A stretch of DNA of 61,373 nucleotides from a virus: UHGV virus genome UHGV-1597594, one strand, 5' to 3'. A program made the translations under genes and the position numbers. A model generated the notes under the pieces. The model made no database searches. It saw only the letters and a program-made list of their open reading frames with translations, and was not told the origin of the DNA. This document shows positions 18,034 to 26,909 of this stretch, piece after piece (within the stretch, counting starts at the first letter, position 1; each line of letters starts with the position of its first letter).

Positions 18034-18513
18034 TTATCTTACAACAAGTTGAATGATCGGATTATTGTACACGTCCATTTTGAATAAGTCTTCGCCAGCT
18101 GTCATTAGCAATGCATCAAGAACCGCATTGCCAATGGGTGAATTCATAAACATTGACGTGCTATTAAGTGCCAATTCAGCCAAATACGTTGAAATGTCTA
18201 CATTGTCACCAGGTCGCATTTCCTGACGTATATAATAAGGATCGTTTGGATTATCCAAGTAATCATTCCAGCCAAAACCATCGGGCTGCTTAGTATAAGC
18301 AATATCAGTAAAACCAAGCTGTGCTCTATTATCATTGTCAAGTAACTTGTACCAAACTTGGCCATCAGCAGATACCATGTAGTTTGATGGCACAGTTAAG
18401 TTGTACTTTGATTTTGCTTGTGCAGCAGTTAATACGCCGCTTTCAAATGTGAAGCCAGCTGTTGCATGCATAGCATTTTGTGCTCTGTAATGTTCTTGAG
18501 TTACATGTGACAT
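18034..18513 (-). CDS. tail-fibre-like protein, paralog A (shared N-terminus MSxVTQ(E/D)HYRxQNA)
   Basis: ATG at 18513 gives MSHVTQEHYRAQNA..., matching the N-terminus of CDS 18582-19091; the C-terminal parts diverge. The tail-fibre role is inferred from the conserved-N/variable-C pattern and the neighbourhood. Confidence 0.6.
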   Translation of the reverse strand: MSHVTQEHYRAQNAMHATAGFTFESGVLTAAQAKSKYNLTVPSNYMVSADGQVWYKLLDNDNRAQLGFTDIAYTKQPDGFGWNDYLDNPNDPYYIRQEMRPGDNVDISTYLAELALNSTSMFMNSPIGNAVLDALLMTAGEDLFKMDVYNNPIIQLVVR

Positions 18514-18514
18514 A

Positions 18515-18570
18515 TATCTGAGTTTTTGAATGATTTGCAATAATTGACTTGCAAATCATTCAAAAACTCA
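18515..18570. promoter_or_regulatory. 56-bp perfect hairpin (24-bp arms, 8-nt loop) abutting the start codon of CDS 18034-18513
   Basis: tctgagtttttgaatgatttgcaa-taattgac-ttgcaaatcattcaaaaactcaga; the arms are exact reverse complements. Confidence 0.7.
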
Positions 18571-18581
18571 GATTTGCAAGC

Positions 18582-19091
18582 TTAATATGCGCATTGTATG
18601 CGATTAACTATTTCTGTATCGCCATCGCCAAAATACACATTGTGTTTAATGTTGTTTGTTATGTCTGTCAATACAGCTGTGCCATACCAGGTAATTTCTA
18701 CGTAGCGATTTAACGCTTCGTTAAGCAATGCATCGCTAAATTCCCAATTGTAAGCATTGCTAAATCTAAATGTGCAATCTTGAGAATAGCCTGGCACCAA
18801 TGTAATGGGCGCATTTGCAACGCATTTTAATGTGTTGCCTGCGGCAGATGTAAAAACAACTTCAAGTTGTACTTGAATGTTTTGCTTTGACTTATTTGTT
18901 AAACTTTGCACATCAATGTACAAAGATGATGCATTAACTGAAATGTTGTCATCAACTTTGTTATATGTGCAATTGCCAAAGTACATATCGCCATTTATCC
19001 AGCCTTCAGTCGTAATGGCATCTTCAGGCTTTATTACAGAACCCCCCCCCGCGTTTTGCGAACGATAGTGGTCTTGAGTTACACGTGACAT
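18582..19091 (-). CDS. tail-fibre-like protein, paralog B, with in-frame G9 tract near the N-terminus
   Basis: ATG at 19091 (MSRVTQDHYRSQNAGGGSV...); the GGG codons are a run of 9 G on the coding strand. Confidence 0.65.
   Translation of the reverse strand: MSRVTQDHYRSQNAGGGSVIKPEDAITTEGWINGDMYFGNCTYNKVDDNISVNASSLYIDVQSLTNKSKQNIQVQLEVVFTSAAGNTLKCVANAPITLVPGYSQDCTFRFSNAYNWEFSDALLNEALNRYVEITWYGTAVLTDITNNIKHNVYFGDGDTEIVNRIQCAY
19042..19050 (-). repeat. homopolymeric tract, C9 on plus strand = G9 on coding strand
   Basis: accccccccc at 19041-19050, inside codons 15-17 of CDS 18582-19091. Confidence 0.9.
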
Positions 19092-19117
19092 ATGAGTCTC
19101 ATTTTTATTGTATTTGT

Positions 19118-19162
19118 TTATCTATCAACTTGTGATTATCTCTATCTATCAACTTATGATTG
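19118..19162. repeat. two 19-bp direct repeats (tatctatcaactt(g/a)tgatt) in the upstream region of the tail-fibre-like gene
   Basis: Copies at 19118-19136 and 19144-19162, in non-coding sequence between 19091 and 19194. Confidence 0.7.
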
Positions 19163-19193
19163 TCTGTCTCTTATCAAAAGCTGCGCCATTGAC

Positions 19194-19805
19194 TTACGGT
19201 GCCACAATTGGTCCACCGCCAGGCAGACTTGAGCATGTTTGCATGTACAAGTACAACAAGTCGCCAATGTTCTGCATAATGTTTGCAAACATAAGTGCAA
19301 TGCCTCGCAAATCTGCTTCGCCTTCAAATGTGTTGATAAATGCTTGCTGAGCGCATGCAAACATTACTGGCACAGTCGATGCACTTGTCATTGCTATCAC
19401 AGGTCCGCCAGGCGACAAGGGCAACACCGGTGGCGATGCTGGCACAGTTAAGTTTGTCGGAATCCATGCTGCAACTGCTGCAGCATAAGGCTTAAAGCCG
19501 TTGCCAAACTTTATTGCAATGTTCTTTGGGTCTACTTCACCTTGAAATGTTTCTATAAGTGCTTGCCTGCCTGCTTCAAATAGAGAGCGCTCAAGTGTAG
19601 CAGTTGGACCTGCAATTATTGGACCACCGACAGGCAAACCTGCGCAAGTTGCAATGTAGCTTGCTACACCTGTAGCAAACAATTGACTGAATTTGTTGGC
19701 AAACTTTGTCGCAATTTGCGGTCTATCAAGCTCACCTTGAAAAGTTGCAGTGTATGCTTGATACGCAATGGGCTGCACAGCAGCTTGCAATGTAGCACCT
19801 GGCAT
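19194..19805 (-). CDS. hypothetical protein with three ~60-aa internal repeats
   Basis: Repeats containing TFQGE(L/V)D...IA(T/I)KF(A/G)N and LP(V/G)GGPI(I/V)A; start taken at an internal Met (MPGATLQ) to avoid overlap; start uncertain. Confidence 0.5.
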   Translation of the reverse strand: MPGATLQAAVQPIAYQAYTATFQGELDRPQIATKFANKFSQLFATGVASYIATCAGLPVGGPIIAGPTATLERSLFEAGRQALIETFQGEVDPKNIAIKFGNGFKPYAAAVAAWIPTNLTVPASPPVLPLSPGGPVIAMTSASTVPVMFACAQQAFINTFEGEADLRGIALMFANIMQNIGDLLYLYMQTCSSLPGGGPIVAP

Positions 19806-19806
19806 A

Positions 19807-20091
19807 TCAATCCAACAATTGAGCAGCAGCAATTGCGCCAAATGCTGCAGATATGAATGATTGTGCAATGTATGATAAACTCCAGCAGCGTTCTATTGCA
19901 TAGAGTTTTGACAAGCCACATGCAATAATGTCAAGTGTTACTGAAAGTAACGTAACTGCAAGCAAATGTGTTCGCAATGGCACTTCAATTGTGTCGTATG
20001 TCATTAGTGTTGTTGCAAATGCAATGAATGCGATTATTACGCAGTGCAGCAGTGCAAACATCAAGCGTTCAATGAAATGTTGATTGTTCAT
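19807..20091 (-). CDS. small membrane protein
   Basis: 94 aa, largely hydrophobic (IIAFIAFATTLMTY.., LLAVTLLSVTLDIIACGL). Confidence 0.45.
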   Translation of the reverse strand: MNNQHFIERLMFALLHCVIIAFIAFATTLMTYDTIEVPLRTHLLAVTLLSVTLDIIACGLSKLYAIERCWSLSYIAQSFISAAFGAIAAAQLLD

Positions 20092-20093
20092 AT

Positions 20094-20972
20094 TTAGTCT
20101 TGGCCTTTATCAATTGTGGCAATTTTTGACAGAGTCTCAGGCAAAAAGTCTGAGTCTTTTTTGTGTGTATTATTTGATGGTTGCTGCACTTTTGCAGGAT
20201 ACGTGCCAAATACAGGTGCAAGTGGGCTTGTGTATGGGTTGCCTTGTGCTGTTGTCTGGAGCTGCTTCATGACTTCTGCAAGATTATCTACAACTTCTTT
20301 CACATAGTCAAGAACATTTTGATGCGCAGTTTTGTTGTCATCTCCAACTACACAAGGCTGTTCTGATTTATCTGTGCTGCCAAAGCTCAAATGACCATCA
20401 GCAGTCATATGAATGACGCCATTTTTGTCAGCGTCAGTAGTCATATGAATTGACTTGTCCTTGCGCAAATTGATGTCTGTGCCATTGTAGTGAATATGCC
20501 AGCCTTGTTCAGGTGTCCACCATATGCCAAACTTGCCCTCAGTACCATATCGTTCAGCGTCATCGTAGACAACAATCTTTGCTTTGGCGTTTTCATCACC
20601 AATGATGTCTTTTGTGATATCTGAGCGAGAATCAAGATGCATCCAAGTCATATTGTAGACACCTCTACTCAAATCAAGCATGACCCAGTCGCCCACAATT
20701 GGCGCATCATACATGTTCATCATGCTGCTATCTGCATAGCACCATGGCAGCTTGTTTGTAGCAATTTCATTGTCAGCAAATCGAGTAAAGCCGTCAATTT
20801 GACAACGAATGCGACATTGCAACATGTCATCATCAACATCAACAACTTCACCAATGAGCTTAACTGGCATGCCCTCTGTCAAAGACCCAATTGATGACGC
20901 AGTTATTGATGCATTGTATGCTGATATCTTTTCAAACAGCTCTTCTTGAGTAACAAGCAACATATCAGACAT
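20094..20972 (-). CDS. hypothetical protein (structural block)
   Basis: ATG at 20972; 292 aa; no motif. Confidence 0.6.
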   Translation of the reverse strand: MSDMLLVTQEELFEKISAYNASITASSIGSLTEGMPVKLIGEVVDVDDDMLQCRIRCQIDGFTRFADNEIATNKLPWCYADSSMMNMYDAPIVGDWVMLDLSRGVYNMTWMHLDSRSDITKDIIGDENAKAKIVVYDDAERYGTEGKFGIWWTPEQGWHIHYNGTDINLRKDKSIHMTTDADKNGVIHMTADGHLSFGSTDKSEQPCVVGDDNKTAHQNVLDYVKEVVDNLAEVMKQLQTTAQGNPYTSPLAPVFGTYPAKVQQPSNNTHKKDSDFLPETLSKIATIDKGQD

Positions 20973-22402
20973 TACATTGAATCTTCATATACGTTGATAC
21001 GACCAAGCTTTGGCAGCTTGTTTTTGTCCGGTTCATACACAGGATTTGCAAACGCTTTCTGTGATAAGTTGTCATCATACTTTGCTACTGCAGACCCTTT
21101 GAGCAATTGCTTTGCTCTTGAATATGCGAATTGCGGATTTGTTAATGCAGCAATTTCAACAGCATTCAAGCCATAGACATTGCCAACAGTCTTGCCAACA
21201 AGTATTCGACTTGCTTGCATGTTAAGTTCAGTCAAAGCATTTGCTGCAGTAGACAATGCAAACTCTTTTGCGTACTCAAGTGCTTCTTTAGCAGCTTTGT
21301 TGACTGCATCTTTGAGCAGCTGTTTGACTGACTTGTCTTTCATAGTTGACACGACTTGTTGTGTAATCTTGCCGTACTTGCTGTCTTTTGCAAGCTTGAC
21401 AAATTGCTGACCATAAGTCTCTTTCTTTTTCTCAACTGTTTCTGATGTGTCAGTGTCGCTAAGTATTGTTTGAGACTGCACTACAAGCCCATTGTGACTG
21501 TCTTTCATTGCTGCAAATGCAGATGAAATTGACAATGTGCCATATGACACTTTGATGTTGTTTGTTGCCATTGTAGGCTCAGCAGTGTTGTCTATATCTT
21601 GCACAAAGTTTGCACCAGAATCAGGCATAAATGCGCATTGTCCAAAATTGAAGAGCACATACTGGCCGGCATTAATTACAACTGCAATGTCATCAGGTCT
21701 TGCCATTTGAGTTGATGATGACACACCTTCTATGCGTGCTTGCTGAATTGCTTTGATGTCTTCACCATAATTTGCAACTTCTGTTCTTGTGTCGCCAAAG
21801 CTGTGCTCTGACATGCCAAGCATTTGTTCGACTTCATTGTCAAGTTTTAACGACTTATCATCTGCAAGTTCTTCTTGGAATATGCGAACTTCTGTTACAT
21901 ACACAAACATGTTGAAGCGTTGCAAGTTCAGTGGTAGCACATAGACCATGCGGTCGTAGTCATATAACACTTGCTTGAGCAGCGTGTTAATTGTTGCAAA
22001 TCGCCAGTCAATGCTTTCTGTCACAGTAAGCCCAATGGTTTTGTCATTCAAAATGACTTCTTTCATTGTTCGCTTATATGCGTCAGCAAGTCCTTGAATG
22101 CCTGTAAAACAATGAAATGCAGAGTCCTGAATTGCTTGCAGCATCTTTATGACAATTTCAAGCTGTGCATATCGTGTTTCATCGCCAATTCGCTTCAAAT
22201 ACGCCAATGCGCTGTTCTTAAACTTAGCATCTGCAAGTAAACCCATTTCAGAGTCAAAGTTAAAGAACACTCTGAATGTCAAATACGTTGGGTCTTGATA
22301 TGCATTGCACAACACACCATTTATGACCTCTGGGTCAAGCGACATGAACTGGTATACACCATTGAACATGTCTATGCGTGAAGTTGCGTGATTTGATGGC
22401 AT
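20972..22402 (-). CDS. hypothetical protein (structural block)
   Basis: ATG at 22402; 476 aa; no motif. Confidence 0.65.
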   Translation of the reverse strand: MPSNHATSRIDMFNGVYQFMSLDPEVINGVLCNAYQDPTYLTFRVFFNFDSEMGLLADAKFKNSALAYLKRIGDETRYAQLEIVIKMLQAIQDSAFHCFTGIQGLADAYKRTMKEVILNDKTIGLTVTESIDWRFATINTLLKQVLYDYDRMVYVLPLNLQRFNMFVYVTEVRIFQEELADDKSLKLDNEVEQMLGMSEHSFGDTRTEVANYGEDIKAIQQARIEGVSSSTQMARPDDIAVVINAGQYVLFNFGQCAFMPDSGANFVQDIDNTAEPTMATNNIKVSYGTLSISSAFAAMKDSHNGLVVQSQTILSDTDTSETVEKKKETYGQQFVKLAKDSKYGKITQQVVSTMKDKSVKQLLKDAVNKAAKEALEYAKEFALSTAANALTELNMQASRILVGKTVGNVYGLNAVEIAALTNPQFAYSRAKQLLKGSAVAKYDDNLSQKAFANPVYEPDKNKLPKLGRINVYEDSM

Positions 22403-22508
22403 ATTGTGTGTAGTTTGCTTTCTTAATTTTTGGATATATACACATACTCAAACAGCACAAAAAACTTCGCATCAAGTTATTGATGCGAAGTGCACTCAAT
22501 GCAATATG

Positions 22509-24170
22509 CTAACGACCGTAGCTGTATGCATTCGCCTTATCAGCATTTGCTTTGCGTGCATTGTTTCGTTGAGTTTGACTACGAATTGCTTTCTTATTGC
22601 CAGACGCTTCAAGTGCAGCATTGTACTGCTTAACTGCTGCATTGAGCTCATTTACAAATTGCTGTGTATTGCATTGTTCAAGCAACAGCATGTCAGATGT
22701 CAATTGTGCTGACTCAGTATTATCATTGAGCTGCTCCAAATCACGACAATTGTAATATGTGGTGACGTCATCATCTGTAATGCTGACACAAGTTGATGCA
22801 AATGCCACTGTAGGCTTAGCAATGTTGCATTCATATTCATAGTATTTGACGTCTTGATAGTCATATCCACCACTCAAGCGCTTAACTTTGACATTATTGC
22901 GAACTTTTTCTACTTTCTGAATGTTTGCTATCTGTGCAAGCTGTGCATACTTAGACGCATCAATGGTTGCAACTCCAAGCGATTCAGATGTTTTAATGTC
23001 TTCAAGCAGTTCATAAATTGTTGCTGCAATATTTGACTTGATGCCTACATAATTTGCTGTTAGCTGCTGAGGCGTACGAGCTTGTTCAACAATCTTTACA
23101 TTTTGACGAAGCTTAGCAAAGTTGTCAGTGCTTGTTAGCAATGCATTGTAGAGCAAAGTGTCATTTGCAGGCTCACCACCGTATTTGGCGCATAATGCAT
23201 CATTGGGCTTGCCAAACACGTCTTCAATACGCTTTGCATAGATACCAGTTGGAATTCGTGCAGCACTTCTGTTTGTCACATAGATTTCATCACCAGATTC
23301 ATCGCAAATTGCCAAGTAACTGTTGTCTTCTGTGTACACTCTGCGAGTTTTGCCTTTGATGTTTTTGAGCTTATATTTGCGATTGTTGCTATCAAACCAC
23401 ACACTATCGCTTTTGATGACATTGCCATCGGTGTCATAGTTTGCAAACCACTGAAAAGACTTAGAATTAAAGCACTTAGACTGTACTGCATCATTCGGCA
23501 CCCATGTCGCGTTAGGCAGCTGCTGAGCATGTGTAGTCAGTTCATAGCGCCCATTGTCAGCATTCCATGCTTTGGTAATAATATGCGCTTTTGTTTTGTC
23601 AGTCCATACAGTACAAGTGCCATCAGATGTTCGCTCAGAATACATTTCACCAATAGGACTGATTTCCCAAAAGATGCTACCTGTTTTACCAGCAGTCTGC
23701 ATAAACTTGCGATTGTCTTCACCAGTAATTCTATCGATGCGGCCAACAAGTTCATATTTGCTTACAGTGTATTCATAGCCATTGTTGTCATATGCAATAG
23801 TATGTTTAAGTCTGCACTGATATTTGCCATTGTCGGTGTACAACTCCTGATAAACTTCACGACCTTTACTGTCATATGACCGCTTACATAATAGCTGGCC
23901 AAGTGAATTGTATTCAAGCCATGTGCCAGACTGCTTGCCATCATTGTCCCAAGTTCGAATCATCGCAAGTTGAGCGTTATCGAACCACTGTTCGTCTTTA
24001 ATGACGACACCTGCAGCATTCGTAGTAGTTCTACTACGCAAGCATTTGTCTACAAGACTTCCGTCTTTAAGTGTTTGCCAATGCGTCGTCGTGACTTTTT
24101 GTGCGTCTGCGTTTACATGCATAAGCACACTTACCGCTAATACAAGCAGCAACATTTTTAGTGTTTTCAT
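22509..24170 (-). CDS. secreted protein with cleavable signal peptide
   Basis: ATG at 24170; N-terminus MKTLKMLLLVLAVSVLMHVNADA is a typical signal peptide; the body has WxxxGxxxG/YD-like repeats. Confidence 0.7.
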   Translation of the reverse strand: MKTLKMLLLVLAVSVLMHVNADAQKVTTTHWQTLKDGSLVDKCLRSRTTTNAAGVVIKDEQWFDNAQLAMIRTWDNDGKQSGTWLEYNSLGQLLCKRSYDSKGREVYQELYTDNGKYQCRLKHTIAYDNNGYEYTVSKYELVGRIDRITGEDNRKFMQTAGKTGSIFWEISPIGEMYSERTSDGTCTVWTDKTKAHIITKAWNADNGRYELTTHAQQLPNATWVPNDAVQSKCFNSKSFQWFANYDTDGNVIKSDSVWFDSNNRKYKLKNIKGKTRRVYTEDNSYLAICDESGDEIYVTNRSAARIPTGIYAKRIEDVFGKPNDALCAKYGGEPANDTLLYNALLTSTDNFAKLRQNVKIVEQARTPQQLTANYVGIKSNIAATIYELLEDIKTSESLGVATIDASKYAQLAQIANIQKVEKVRNNVKVKRLSGGYDYQDVKYYEYECNIAKPTVAFASTCVSITDDDVTTYYNCRDLEQLNDNTESAQLTSDMLLLEQCNTQQFVNELNAAVKQYNAALEASGNKKAIRSQTQRNNARKANADKANAYSYGR

Positions 24171-24481
24171 TGTTTGTTGTTATTTGAGATGGTTTTGGAC
24201 AATTAGCAAAGAATGGATTGCATTTGTAGTTGTTCAGTCGCAAATCATCATACTGTGACTTGTCAATGTATTGCACTGTGACTTTGTTAAACGCTAGTTT
24301 AACGCCAAATCGAGCAGCGCATTGCGCATACAGCATATAACGACAATTAACATTCTTACGAGATATGCTGTTGTCCTTATTAAAGGATATTTTTCGTGTG
24401 CTTATGTATGCAAATGTAACATCGCCATCAAGACATGTAAACTTGCGTGCATACACATATACTCAAACAGTTTTCATAGCA

Positions 24482-25747
24482 TTACCGATATTTGATGTGC
24501 CATGGCCGCATAAATACGCATACATTGATGTAGTTTGCATACACATATCGAAGCATTGCAACTGCATTGCTGACATCACTTACTGCAGCAGGCTCATAAT
24601 TTGCATGGCCGCCAATCTTAGCATTCAAAGCATCACGAGTAATTGGTGCAAGACTCCCATTTCTGAGTTCAGGCCATAACTGCGCTGCAAGTGATGCATT
24701 GTTTACAATGGCTTGCTTATGAAAGATTGCATTTTCTCGTGCGTTCTTTTTGCAATTTGACTGCCACATGCCATACACAAAGTATGGCTGATGCATAACC
24801 ACACAATTGCCTGACAGCTGCAAAATTGCATGCACAAAGTCAATTGCGGTGTCTGCGTCAAGACCCTTTGTTTTGCAATCATTGTAATCGATATTGTACA
24901 GCTTCAGCCACTCTGCATCGAACAACTCATATGGGTCATTGATGTAAATGTGCTTGAACCATAGCAATTCTGCATCAGAAGACATCACTGCAATATCTAC
25001 TTGTGCAATACGCTGCCAATCATTGTCAAATATGCTGCTTGGGATGTTGTCATGCTTTGCGCCACTGTAGCATGTCATTGCTGCTGTGCAATGCAACATT
25101 GGCCAAACTTGAAGCCGCTTGCAACATTCAGCAAATACATCTGCGCATGCATTGACATCAGCAAGAGCATCATGAGCGGATTCAAAGTCATGACCGAACA
25201 AACCTCGATAAGCATCGACAAGTCTTGCAGACCCATTGCTCAAATGCTTTGCAAAGCCTTTGTACAGAAACTTTGTGTCAATGACAGAGTATTGAGTCAT
25301 GAAGTTTGCAGTTTTGCAACGCTGACATTCATAATCGAGAATCGTCAAGTCATATGGTGCATTGTGTGCAATAAGATGCGTTACACCAAAACGTTCCAAG
25401 TCAAGTCTGAACTGGTCAAGCACTTTTTGCATAGGCTCTCCATGTTCATACAACTGCTCCATAGTATGGCCATGCACTGCAAGAGCTTCTGCTGGCATAT
25501 CATCAAAACTGTTGTTGAATCTGCCAAGCGGCATTACAAGCATATTGTTTCGATGCAGTTCTATAATGTTGCCCGCATAATCAAGTCTGAAGATTTTGTA
25601 TGCAAGCTGAACTACAAATGACATCTCTCGCAAATCAATGACATCTTGCTTATGATAGTAGTCAACTGCTAAGCCTGTCGATTCAACGTCTATACATGCG
25701 CATACCAGCTCTGTGATATGCTCTTTGCTTTTATTGATATGCTCCAT
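24482..25747 (-). CDS. DnaQ-like DEDDh 3'-5' exonuclease domain protein
   Basis: ATG at 25747. CACIDVESTGL (Exo I), HNAPYDLTILD (Exo II), SAHDALADV (Exo III, HxxxxD). Confidence 0.7.
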   Translation of the reverse strand: MEHINKSKEHITELVCACIDVESTGLAVDYYHKQDVIDLREMSFVVQLAYKIFRLDYAGNIIELHRNNMLVMPLGRFNNSFDDMPAEALAVHGHTMEQLYEHGEPMQKVLDQFRLDLERFGVTHLIAHNAPYDLTILDYECQRCKTANFMTQYSVIDTKFLYKGFAKHLSNGSARLVDAYRGLFGHDFESAHDALADVNACADVFAECCKRLQVWPMLHCTAAMTCYSGAKHDNIPSSIFDNDWQRIAQVDIAVMSSDAELLWFKHIYINDPYELFDAEWLKLYNIDYNDCKTKGLDADTAIDFVHAILQLSGNCVVMHQPYFVYGMWQSNCKKNARENAIFHKQAIVNNASLAAQLWPELRNGSLAPITRDALNAKIGGHANYEPAAVSDVSNAVAMLRYVYANYINVCVFMRPWHIKYR

Positions 25748-25749
25748 GC

Positions 25750-26475
25750 TTATGAGAATTTTTCTGCAATAAAACCAGGTGTAAAGTCCGGATGGAACTG
25801 CAGAGGCCCATTATCAATGACATTGATTTCGAGGTGATTGCCATCGATGTCTATGACAGATGCTTTGTCAAAGCCTACAGGGCTATTGTAGATGTATGCA
25901 GTGCCTGATTTGTCAATGACAATGTCACCATGAACAAAGTACTCACGTTCAGTTACTGCAAAGCCTCCGCAAGTTGCAGCATTGTTTGAATCTTGTTTGA
26001 CATCGTAGTCAGCTTTCAATGCTTGTGCAAGCGTAATGACATCTTTGCTGTACTTTCTGCGGCCAATAGGTGTGTCAATCATATTGATGAGCGACACAAT
26101 CTTATCTTGCGGCGACATGTTCATAGCATCGTATTGCAATGCAGACACATAATACAACAATGTTTCAGTGCCATCATTGTCAATGCGAATTTGACAAATA
26201 TCGCCAATTGCGATGTCATCAATATTGATGCAGACAACATGTTTAACATTGAATGTTTCATTACGATGCATTGACTTGACTACAATTTTCGTAATTACAT
26301 TGTCATAATCTCTTTCGATATGTGCTACTGTACAAATGTGCATATCGTCATGCTCTGTAAAGTGATATTGTTTACTCATATGTGTAAGTGTGAAGTTGTT
26401 CAAAAAGGTCTTCAATCGAGTTTGTTTCAAATGCAAACTCATCTTTTGATATGCAAGTGACCATATAAATGTCAT
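25750..26475 (-). CDS. hypothetical protein
   Basis: 241-aa ORF; start uncertain; no motif. Confidence 0.5.
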   Translation of the reverse strand: MTFIWSLAYQKMSLHLKQTRLKTFLNNFTLTHMSKQYHFTEHDDMHICTVAHIERDYDNVITKIVVKSMHRNETFNVKHVVCINIDDIAIGDICQIRIDNDGTETLLYYVSALQYDAMNMSPQDKIVSLINMIDTPIGRRKYSKDVITLAQALKADYDVKQDSNNAATCGGFAVTEREYFVHGDIVIDKSGTAYIYNSPVGFDKASVIDIDGNHLEINVIDNGPLQFHPDFTPGFIAEKFS

Positions 26476-26597
26476 TAATGTTTACAATGCGGCAATCATG
26501 GCCATCTGGGCTGAACTTCTTGTCTTTGCACAAAATTTCAGCCATGATGAGTCGTTGGTTAAGCGTAAGTGGATTGCTATAGAATCGTTTCATATCA

Positions 26598-26819
26598 TTA
26601 AGCTTCTTTGAAATTCAAGCAATTGTCTGACCAGCATTCTTCTGCAATCGTAAGCTCCAGTTCAGAGCAGTTATTCTTGATGAAGTCAGTCGGGTCATAA
26701 TTGAAATACACATATTCACCTGAATAGTGAAAAGGCTGTTCCATAGCAATCAATGCGAACATTAAACGGTCGATGTCCTTTTTATTGCCGTATGCTACGT
26801 AAACTTTAATCTGTTTCAT
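26598..26819 (-). CDS. small hypothetical protein
   Basis: 73-aa ORF; promoter-like box and a 15-bp inverted repeat (caacagttgtgcaaa/tttgcacaactgttg) lie just upstream at 26848-26888. Confidence 0.4.
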   Translation of the reverse strand: MKQIKVYVAYGNKKDIDRLMFALIAMEQPFHYSGEYVYFNYDPTDFIKNNCSELELTIAEECWSDNCLNFKEA

Positions 26820-26909
26820 TGTTGTAGAGGTTTTATATTATATATGATTATATAATACAACAGTTGTGCAAATTTTGCACAACTGTTGTCAATAAAATGC
26901 AATTTTTGT

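Noticed and set aside
19108-19350. Plus-strand ORF 19108-19350
   Set aside because: It spans the non-coding direct-repeat region and the 3' end of a minus-strand gene; the translation is low-complexity.
24067-24456. Minus-strand ORF 24067-24456
   Set aside because: It overlaps the signal-peptide-bearing start of CDS 22509-24170 by about 100 nt in another frame; 24171-24481 is more likely non-coding, and it contains an 18-bp motif (atacacata(t)actcaaacag) also found at 22439-22456.
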